A stretch of DNA of 64,000 bases from positions 12,646,618-12,710,617 of the forward strand of contig JAHRHZ010000069.1 in NCBI GenBank assembly GCA_024137785.1, written 5' to 3'. The notes below the pieces were generated by a model. That model made no database searches. It worked only from the letters and a program-made list of their open reading frames with translations, and was not told the DNA's origin. A program made the translations under genes and the position numbers. Every line of letters starts with the position of its first letter. Within the stretch, counting starts at the first letter, position 1. Of the stretch, positions 51,158 to 60,656 are shown piece by piece. The DNA is from Ginglymostoma cirratum (lineage: Eukaryota).

Positions 51158-52103
51158 TGTGACTGATTACATAACCAACCATTGTCACATACTTTGATTG
51201 ACACTTGCTGTATGGATACTATGGTGTTGTGAAGAAAAGTTGAGGCAGAGTGAAGAGGGGTCTCTTCCAACCTAATAAATTCAACAGCTTGTGAGGTCTT
51301 GGCAATTTCTTTAAAGTTAGAACAATAGAAGTGGCTTGAATAGGTCGGGTCTCGCTCCCTCAGAACCAGGATTTTTAATATTGGCAGTTGCTGAAATCTT
51401 GGAGCTGGATGTGGATATTTTATTCTTCTCTCTGTTAGAGCTGAAAGCTGGGGTTCTCTTCCTGCTGCTAGAATTTCATGTGAGACAATCTATTTTACTG
51501 AATTTGCCTTTGCCAAGGGTGTGTTTATGGGATGTTACTGTATTGGAGAAATAATCAGTACTAGTTATATATATATATGTTAGTTTGTTAACCATTTCGA
51601 TAGAGTTACAGTTAAGCAAATTCTTTTCTTTTGCTTTTTATTTTGTCTGTTTTAATTTGCAGTGTAAAGTAAAGTGTGTTTTACTTTTTCCTTTTTACTT
51701 TTCAGTCGTTTGACAGATTGAATTGCACCCAGAATGCAATTTCTTACACTTACCTTTAAAAGAAGAAATTGTTAACGCCTAGGCTGTCTCCTTAATATAT
51801 TTTGACGGCGTTTGATCTAAGAGCAAAGAACAAAGAAAATTACAGCACAGGAACAGGCCCTTCGGCCCTCCAAGCCCGCGCTGATCCAGATCCTGTATCT
51901 AAACCTGTCGCCTATTTTCCAAGGATCTGTATCCCTCTGCTCCCTGCCCATTCATGTATCTGTCTAGATACATCTTAAATGACGCTATTGTGCCCACCTT
52001 TACCACCTCCCCTGGCAATGTGTTCCAGACACCCACCACCCTCTGCGTAAAGAACTTTCCATACATATCTCCCTTAAACTTTTCTCCTCTCTGACCCATA
52101 ACA
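51158..52103 (+). mobile_element. Solo-LTR-like repeat, family B (start approximate), interrupted near its 3' end by CR1
   Basis: catgtgagacaat..ctaggct..aatatattttga..ccataaca blocks are shared with 43690-44000. Confidence 0.6.
51823..52090 (-). mobile_element. Relatively young CR1/HER1 3' fragment
   Basis: caaagaacaaagaaaattacagcacaggaacaggcccttcggccc; minus-strand translation KFFTQRVVGVWNTLP; CpGs retained. Confidence 0.85.
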
Positions 52104-53078
52104 CTGCAAATTGTTATAAACTCTTTGGACTATCACTGCTCATTTCAGTGAGGGATTTTACACTTGATTGAAGTGTTTGTTGTTCGAAAGCTTTACTTCA
52201 TTGAAAGAGCTTAAATGTAGTTTTGTTTTACGAAGGTCTTTTTTCAGTATCATAATACTTCATAAACAAAAGTACATTTACATTTTTTCAACAAAATAAC
52301 AACAAACTTTTCAATCAAGTGTAAAATCCCTTATGATAATGAGCATTGGAATTTATAGTCATAAAAAGGTCTCACAATTTGTAGGTGCCAATCAAACTAT
52401 GAAATGGCAGGTACCCGACTAAAATAATCTAACATCTGCATGTGTCCTGAGGCCTACATGTGGTGGGTACCAAGCGAGTGAGATGTAAGGGTAAAGAGTT
52501 GTGAGCCATGGGAATGAGTTGGCAGGAATTAGCAGAAAATTAGCAGGGTCAATAAATGGCCAAGGGGTGTGATGGAAAAACTCAGATTTGCTTTGTTGAC
52601 ATGAAGGGTTATGGCGGTAAGATAGCAGCCTCGGTTGATATGGGGTGCATGATGAGGTCAATTTAGTTGTTTGGGGGAATATTTTGCAATGGAGGATCTG
52701 AGAATCAATGGGAACTGTGGGGAATATGAGTTGGCATGGAGCTTTGGGAGCATGGTGGAGGTGTGTGTCGAGTGAGCAGTGAGAGCTGGAGGATGTTTAA
52801 TGATTTTTTCATTATTTTTACACTTCAGACGAGGTACTAGATCCCCACCCAGGCTTTCTGATCAGCCAACCTACTCACAAAGCAGGTTCCTCAGTTCATT
52901 GGGTGGTCTGGGGGTGTGGGTGTAGGTGGGGTGGGAAGGGATGTGGCAGTTCGATGGTCCAATTTGTAATCCAGCCTCCATGCCCCGACCATAAATCTGA
53001 CACCTGGGCAGCTGTTTTTAAAGGTTGCATTCACAGACCCAGGAATTCTCCCATTGATGCACACCAAACCCAGGAGCA

Positions 53079-53177
53079 AAAATAAAAATTGCTGGAAAAG
53101 CTCGGCCGGTCTGGCAGCATCTGTGTAGAGAAATCAGTTTCATGTTTCAGGTAGAGTGACCCTTCCTCAGAACTGAG
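53079..53177 (-). mobile_element. PLE-derived short element (family 2)
   Basis: Antisense hammerhead motif atgtttcaggtagagtgacccttcctcagaactg; possible 8-bp TSD caggagca at 53071-53078 and 53178-53185. Confidence 0.8.
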
Positions 53178-53564
53178 CAGGAGCAGGACCAAACATTGAT
53201 GCCTGTGTTTTCACAAAGCTCGTTGCAGACATCTTGGGATACTTACATGCATCCAATTTGACATTCCTGTAACATTTATCCACAAAAACTGAATTATGCT
53301 ATGAGCCTTGCTGTTATTTCAACGCCAAGTGATGGCTCTGCGCCTTAGTGACAAGTATTCCCAGTTTAGTACAGCAGCAATTGTAAGTAGAGCAAGGTTT
53401 CACTTTCAGTACCTCAGTAATGTCCTCTACTTGTCTTGAAAGAAAAGGCTGTGCATCACCAGGCATCATGATGCCTGTTTCAGGTTGCCAATTAATGTCA
53501 AATTGGACCAGTTTTTTTTTGTGCTATATGCCTGAGCTCGTGGTAATTAGGGAGTGTTGTCACA

Positions 53565-53965
53565 GCTTGGCTCGGTTGATAACTCGCTCTCATTGAAATA
53601 ATCTGCTGTGCAGGAATGCAGCACCTTAGCTAGTCCTTTTATCCAGTGCAGAAAAACAGAAATGCTGGAGGTGTCATTTCAACGAGACATTTCAAACAAA
53701 GTACTGTTAATTCAGGTCTCTGTCAATAGTCCTGTGGCAGCATTCAAAGCAAAGTGGGTCATTTTTTTGGTATCCTGGCTGAATTTGTGCTCTCAACAAC
53801 ATCCATTGTTTATCTGTTCATTTTGCTCCAGGATGTTGCACTGCTCTAATTAGCTCCTGTATTGGACGACAGAACTGGACTGCAACTGCATTTCAAAGAA
53901 ACTCAATGTCTCAGAAACATTTCCAGACATTTCTGAGAGTTGTGATAATGGGCTACATTAATATG
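53565..53965 (+). mobile_element. Deu-domain SINE, decayed
   Basis: ttggctcggttgataactcgctc head; cctgtggcagcattcaaagc..tcctggctgaatttgtgctctcaacaacatc Deu-like core; L2-like tail. Confidence 0.55.
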
Positions 53966-56900
53966 AACCAACCTACTTTACTTTCTTATTCCATGGAGAA
54001 CCCTTGCAGACAGACAAAATAAAGACTCATTCGATCAGTAGGAACATACAACAATCCATTGTAACTCGCAGTATCCTGAAAGGTGGGAATTTTAATGCTT
54101 TGTTGTTTTCTGAAGTTTCACAGATTTTGTTTTATTAAAATGCAGTGAAAGAAATGATATCAATATAAATTCCTGTATACTACTGGAACAGATGCCACAA
54201 AATTTCTTTGTCAAAAGCATATTTATAATGTTGAAGGTATGTGGTTGTTATTTTGATCTTTCTCAAAAATCAGTGTAGTCTGTGTTGTCTGACATGATTA
54301 GCTTTGCTTATGTAAACAGAAGGAACAATCAGTTTCTATGCTGTACAGTGCTGTAAATTGGATCATGCTGGTTCAGGCTTGAAGATAGCAACACAGGATT
54401 ACTCTGTACCTGAACAGTTGATGCAGGCGGCATGCAAACTCTGCTCCCTGCTGATCAACACGATTGCAGTCTGCAGTTCATTGCTAAAACTGATGCTGAC
54501 TGGCTGCACACTCAGCAAGGGGAGCAGGTGTACACATAGTTAGCGTGAAGTTCAGCTGAAGTGCACTTCTTCAAAGCTGTCTGCATTTCTAAAAAGTAAC
54601 TGCACTTTGGCTTCAACAAATGATGGAAAGGTGCCCAAAGTATAAATGAATGAAAGAATGAATGAAAGATTTATTAAATCAATGAATGAAATATGACTAA
54701 CTAGAGAGCAAGAAACCAGTGAAAGAACTTCCAGGTTTTCTGAAGCAACTCCAGAAGCTTCCCTCAAGGAAATAGAAAGAATTTAGAAGGTCATTGTAGT
54801 GATTGTGATGAGGTTAGCCAAGAATATGAGTTCCCTGATTGGGCCTGTTAACCTGGTCTAATCAAGGATTCCTGGCTGACAGATATAAACAGGACTGTCA
54901 GAGATTCTGTTCACTCAGATCTAGCGCTGAGGATGCTAGATCAGTGTCAAATACAATGCATATGTAAATAAAGGGTGACTTGGTGATGTGATACTGGGCT
55001 CTGTGGTGTTATTTCAGTGGCGACAAGAGGAAAGAAAAAGCATGCTCTTGAAGAAATTTGCTCGCAACTGTTGTCTCTGAGTTGGGGTGAACATTTGTGG
55101 CATCATGCTGTCACTTGGGAAGCTTGATTCATTCGATCCTGCTGTCAAAGACTTTACCCAGTTTGCGGAAAGAACCTGTTATTTTTTCTAGGCAAGTGAC
55201 ATTGAGGCAGATGAAAAGCAATGAGTAATTCTCCTGACCACTTGTGAACCCGCAGCTTTCTCAGTCAATAGGAGCCTAACATTTCCTGAGGCAGCAGACA
55301 CTAAAACCTTTCAAGAGTTGATGGATTTAGGTAAGGAATATTATGACCCTGAGCCTCCTCTAATTTTGAGATGCTATCGATTTTACTCAACCATTCAAGA
55401 ACAAGGGGCCTCCGTGTTGGGATTTTTGACAAGGTTAAGACTGCTGGCAGAGGCGTGTGACTTTGGTTTAAACCTTAATGAGATGCTAAGAGACCATTTT
55501 GTGTGTTGCACTTATGAATAGCTATTAAAAAGTGCCTACTCGCTGAAGCCCAACTGAACTTCAAACAGGCACTACAACTGGCTTTGTCATTAGAAAATAT
55601 GTTGAGTGGAGTTTATGAGTTACAGGGTATGCCGATGGAAGTGGACACTTTCACCAAGCCGATTGAGCCTGTGGGATGCCACCTGAGTGAAAGCAAATGC
55701 ATAGCCTCACTCAGGACATGTACAGAACAGAAGGACTCTAGATCAGCCCACAAAACCCAAAAATAAAGTAAAGCCTCAACCAGACAGTTAACATTTTCTT
55801 CAGAATCAGAGCTGGTAAGCCATTGTAGCTGCTGCCAGTATGTTGACTCGAGACGGCAAAATTTCCCAGCAGGCTTGAATTGAATAAGAAAACTTGTAGG
55901 CCAGTATCCAAGAGAGTGCACACCCTGGAAAGCTCATCTACATATGTCTTGGAACAGTTAAATTGATTGATAACATCCAGATCAGAACCAGTCAAAATAA
56001 ATATCTGGTTAAATGGTCACCCTGTTCTCATGGAGATTGATACTCGCATGGCTGTAACAGTGATTGCAGAACCAGTCTTTACTAAAATTTACTCTGGATT
56101 CCAGCCCTTAAATTGCATAAGATGTTGGCTCGACTGAAAACCTATACCAGAGAACTTTTGCAGATTAAGGGTACTACTTTGATTCCTGTCTCCTATGAGA
56201 ACGAACTGGTTCAGTTACCAGTAATTACAGTTAAAGGCTTGGGCCCAAGCCTGATTGGGTGAAATTGGTTGAGAAAGATTCATCTTGATTGGCTCAATGT
56301 TTTTCGATTTGAAAATGGCGACCTGAGTGAAGTCTTAATTAAATATCTGGAGGTATTTCAGGAAGGCGTATGGGGCTGTCAGAGGAGCCAAGGCCACCTT
56401 GCATGTTGACCAGGAATCAATTCCACGATTCTGCAAGGCCTGCTCAGCACCATTAGCCTTATGTGCAAAAGTAGATGCAGAAATCAGGAGGCTGGAAAGG
56501 TGGGGATTTTAAGCAAATGATAACTGCTTTTCACAGGTGAATAAATTCCTAGTCCCTCGCATAGAGGGTTTATTTGTAAAGCTGGCAGGGGTGGGGGAGA
56601 ACTGTCCTTCACAAAGCTTGACATGAGCCATGTGTACTTTCAATTGCAGTTTGATGAGGATTCCCAGAAGTATGCTACGATTAATAGTCATAAGAATTTG
56701 TACCAATGTATGATACTGCCATTTGGGATATTATCAGCCTGTGCCATTTTTCTGCAAAGAATGGAGAACATTTACAAAGTCCAACCCAGGTTGCCATTTA
56801 TCTGGATGACGTGCTAATAATGGGGAAGACCCACAAGGAGCACTTATAGAACTTGGACATAATCCTGAGACATTTCTCCCAGGAAGGCATACACCTTAGA

Positions 56901-57434
56901 AGGGAAAACTGTGTGTTCTAGGACCCCACATGACTATTTTGACTACAGAGTCGACAAGACTGGGCTGCACCTATTGGAAGATAAACTGAGGGCAATCAAA
57001 GGTGCCCTGACTCCTATATCTGTACCGGAGCTTAGGTCTTTCCTTGGATTGGTGAATTAAACCTGGCCTCCATCCTGGCACCCTTACATCTGCCATTGAA
57101 ATGGTCTTGTGGCCAAGACATAGCCTTTAGAGAAGTAAAGAAGCAATCATCGTCTAAGCGGTCTGGTGTGATGCCTCCCTATACAGTATTGGGGTAGTAT
57201 TAGCCCACAGGTGGCCCAATGGAGAGGTACACTCAATCGTGTATGCTTCCCAGACTTTGGCTGACACAGAGTGCCAATACACCCAGACAGGGGAGGAAGG
57301 TTTGGTGGTTATCTTTGGTGTGAGAAAGTTCCATCAATACCCTTATGGATGTAAATGGGGAGGGATGTCGCGATTGTAACAATATCAGTCAGGTGGATCT
57401 CATAGAATATGAGTTCCCTGATTGGGTCTGTTAA

Positions 57435-57590
57435 GGGGAGATGGTGGTGTACTGGTAATGACACTGGTGTCGTGATCAAGGACCTCAGGCTAATGTTCTG
57501 GGGTACCTGTCTTCAAACCCTGAATTCAGTAAATACCTGGAACAGAAAGCTATCCTAATGGTGAACGTGTAACAACAGTTGATAGTTTTA
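57435..57590 (+). mobile_element. tRNA-headed SINE-like fragment inserted in the 3' LTR
   Basis: ggggagatggtggtgtactggtaatgacactgg..ggctaatgttctgggg..ttcaaaccc; reverse-complement homolog at ~63420-63680. Confidence 0.65.
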
Positions 57591-57592
57591 CA

Positions 57593-57899
57593 GGCAGCAC
57601 TGTGGCTCAGTGGTTAGCACTGCTGCCTCACAGATCCAGGGACGCGGTTTCGATTCCAATCTCGAAAAACTGGCTGTGTGGAGTTTGCACGTTCTCCCCG
57701 TGTCTGCGTGGGTTACTTCCACAGTCCGAAGATGTGCAGGCTATGTGAATTGGTCATGCTAAATTGCCTGTGGTGTTCAGGGATGTATAGATTTGATGGG
57801 TTATAGGGATGGGTCTGGGTGGGATGCTCTGAGGATCAGTGTGGAGTGTTGGGCTGAAGAGCCTGTTTCCACGCTGTAGGGATTCTATGATGATGATGA
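57593..57899 (+). mobile_element. Full-length HE1-type SINE
   Basis: A-box gtggctcagtgg, B-box-like ggtttcgattcc, V-core and (gat)n tail. Confidence 0.9.
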
Positions 57900-58019
57900 A
57901 CCTGGTCCAATCAGGGAGCCCTGGCTGACAGATATAAGCAGGAGCATCAGACATCCTGTTCTCACTGAGAGCAAGCTCTGAGGGAGCTGGATCAGTGTCA
58001 AGGATTCTCCACGTGCTTT

Positions 58020-58660
58020 ACTGAGGTCACATCTCATTCTTGTAACTCTCGAGAACACAGGCCCTGTCTCCTCAATTGCTCCTCATTATACAATCCCACC
58101 ATCCCAGGATTCTGCCTGGGAACCATACGCTGCACACTCCCTTGGGTAAGATGGTAAAAACTGTAAATAGTACTCGAAGCACAGTCTCACCAATGGTCTG
58201 ACCAATTGAATTAACACATCTTTACTCCTGTAATAAAGATAAAATATGGCAGATGATGTAAATTTGAAACAAATACAGGGAACGCTGGAGAAATACACCA
58301 GGTCTGGCAGCATCAATGGAAAGAAATAGAGTTAATGTTTTGAGTCTGGTATGACTGTTCTACAGAACGACTTCATTTTTATTCCGATACTCAAATTCTC
58401 CTTCAATAAAGGCCACATATCATTTGCCTTCCTAATTGATTATTACAGCTGCATATTAGCTTTCAGTGACTTATGCACAAGGACACTCCCATTCCTTTGG
58501 ACATGAATACTTCCCAAACTCTCTCATTTTACAGATGTACTCTGCACTTCTTCCACCTACATGGATATCCTCACATTTATTCACATCACGTTCCATCAGC
58601 CTTGTTCATTCTGAAGTAAGTGAGTGTCATTTGAATAAAGGAAATTGTGAAGGCACGAGG
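58020..58660 (-). mobile_element. Decayed CR1 LINE fragment
   Basis: Minus-strand translation SKDVLIQLVRPLVRLCFEYYLQFLPSY; interrupted by a PLE-derived element. Confidence 0.7.
58241..58368 (-). mobile_element. PLE-derived short element, older variant
   Basis: caggtctggcagcatc..agagttaatgttttgagtctggtatgactgttctacagaac; the boundary again lies at the ribozyme 5' side. Confidence 0.65.
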
Positions 58661-58736
58661 CACTAATTGACAGTACATAGGTCTCTGCACCACTTCCAAT
58701 GCATTTACATCCTCCTGAAAGAAGATCAATATTTTA

Positions 58737-58935
58737 CAGGTATTTCTCCTATAATGCAATAGTTGCGTTCTTATGTGACCTCGCGATATAGAAAATTGCA
58801 TTATAGAGAAATTGCTTTAGAAAATTGTCATACTGTACAGTAGAAAGTTCACATTGTCCAAACAGCGTCCACTATTCATCAATTGCATGACAGCAATTTG
58901 CGTTAATGAAACACATGTTGAAGCAGAAATACCTG
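58737..58935. mobile_element. Tc1/mariner-pogo (Tigger-like) MITE
   Basis: TA|caggtatttctcct..agcagaaatacctg|TA terminal inverted repeats with TA duplication. Confidence 0.85.
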
Positions 58936-58939
58936 TATT

Positions 58940-59680
58940 TGTCCTGCAGCCCTGTTTAACTCAAGTACAACCTCCCTACTTTTGCGTTCAATTTTATTTC
59001 AAATCAACCATAACATTTTATTAACTTTCCTATTTACTTAATATACCTACACACTAACCTTTGGTGGTTCACACAGCAGAACATACAGCCCTCTGCATCT
59101 CAGAGCTCGACAGTCTCTTCCCGTTTGGATAGTATGCCTCTTTTCACGTTGCTGGTCAAATAGATACTTTCACATTTCCCCCATTATATCTTATTTATCA
59201 GATCTATTCCCACTTCATTAACCAATCTGTATCCCTTTACAACTCCTTATGTCCTCTTCAGAACTTGCCTTCCTGCCGATCTTTGTGCAATTAGTAAACA
59301 TAGCATCCATACCTTCCGTTCCTCCAACCATGTCATTTCTATAAATTGTAAAATGTTGAACTCCCAGCATTGATCCATGTAACACAGCACTCATTACATC
59401 TTTCTAACCAGCAAATTAGCCATCTCTACTTATTTTCTGTTTCCTGTTAGCTATCCCATCTCTTAGTTATGCGAACACACAATTGATGTCTATTTTCTGC
59501 ACTAACTTTTGGTGTGACAATGTAATGGTTAAACATGCTTGGACTTTGACAAAGGCATGTTGACCTTTCCAGATTGCCTTTAATTTATCTAAATGCTTGT
59601 CTTATATTGTATTTAACAATAACTTATAATGTTTTCCTTCAACATTTGATAAGCTAACTTGGCCTGTACTTTCTTACAAT
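58940..59680 (-). mobile_element. Decayed CR1 RT fragment
   Basis: ctttgtgcaattagtaaacat (MFTNCTK, cf. FADDTK) and ctcccagcattgatccatg (GSMLG). Confidence 0.55.
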
Positions 59681-59696
59681 AACATATTTGTTTCTA

Positions 59697-60284
59697 GAGA
59701 GAAAAGGTACTGCAGATGCTGGAGAATCCAAGATAACAAGGCGTGGGGCTGGATGAACACAGCAGGCCAAGCAGAATCATAGGAGCAGCAAATCATATTC
59801 AGCCTGGGAACCCTGCAGCCCAATGGCATCAATGTGGATTTCACAAGCTTCAAAATCTCCCCTCCCCCAACCGCATCCCAAAACCAGCCCAGCTCATCTC
59901 CACCTCCCTAACCTGTTTTTCCTCTCACCTATCCCCTCCTCCCACCTCAAGCCCCACCCCCATCTCCTATCGACTAACATCATCCCGCCTCCCCTTGACC
60001 TGTCCGTCCTCCCTGGACTGACCTATCTCCTCCCTACCCCCCCACCACCAACACTCACCTTAACTGGCTCCATCCCCACCTCTTCAACTTGTCTGCCTCC
60101 TCTCCACCTATCCTCTCCTCTATCCATCCTCTATCCGCCTCCCCTCTCTCCCTATTTATTTCAGAACCCTCTTCCCCTCCCCCATTTCTGATGAAGCATC
60201 TAGGCCCGAAACGTCAAGTTTTCCTGCTCCTATGATGCTGCTTGGCCTGCTGTGTTCATCCAGCCCCACACTTTGTTATCTCGG
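59697..60284 (+). mobile_element. Truncated Penelope-like element with inverted terminal arm and hammerhead motif (60188-60215)
   Basis: Inverted arm 59697-59789; ORF end IFSLGTLQPNGINVDFTSFK; C-rich UTR; ctgatgaagcatctaggcccgaaacgtc; TSD atttgtttcta (59686-59696) / atttatttcta (60285-60295). Confidence 0.9.
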
Positions 60285-60532
60285 ATTTATTTCTACTCTG
60301 TTTTCTATCCAGTTGTCAATCTGCAGCTCATGCCCAGATGTTAAACCTTCCAATAATACCTCTATGCCATTGTATCCTTAACATATGTCTCTTTGCATGT
60401 CTCCTTGATGCCTCTGACAACTCATTGTCACTGGCCTGTTGACAGTTTTAAAGAATTTGACAGTTCATGAGTTTATTCATGTTTTGCACACATTAATTCC
60501 AACTTTTAAAAGTGACAAAGAACAGCTCACAG

Positions 60533-60656
60533 GAGCAAATCACTGCAGAATCTGGAATCTGTACTGAAAACAATAAAAAATCATAGAAATCACAGCAGAT
60601 CAGGCATCCGTGGAGAGAGTGCAAACTAACGTAGTTGACTCTTCGTCAGGGCTGAC
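60533..60656 (-). mobile_element. PLE-derived short element, further variant with partly deleted hammerhead
   Basis: actgcagaatctggaatctg..cagcagatcaggcatccgtggagagag..ctaacgt..gactcttcgtcagggctg; CUGACGA on the minus strand. Confidence 0.6.

Larger units (their letters stand above)
54795..58015 (+). mobile_element. Mag-like Ty3/Gypsy element with short LTRs; integrase deleted
   Basis: 5' LTR 54795-55016, PBS tggcgacaag, gag from 55105 (LGKLDSFDP..RFYSTIQ..LAEACDFG..EMLRDHFV), protease MEIDT at 56030-56044, YLDD at 56799-56810, RNase H remnant, PPT ggggaggga, and a 3' LTR from 57366 split by SINEs. Confidence 0.88.

Noticed and set aside
57593-57660. tRNA gene
   Set aside because: The A/B boxes belong to the head of an HE1 SINE; there is no complete cloverleaf.
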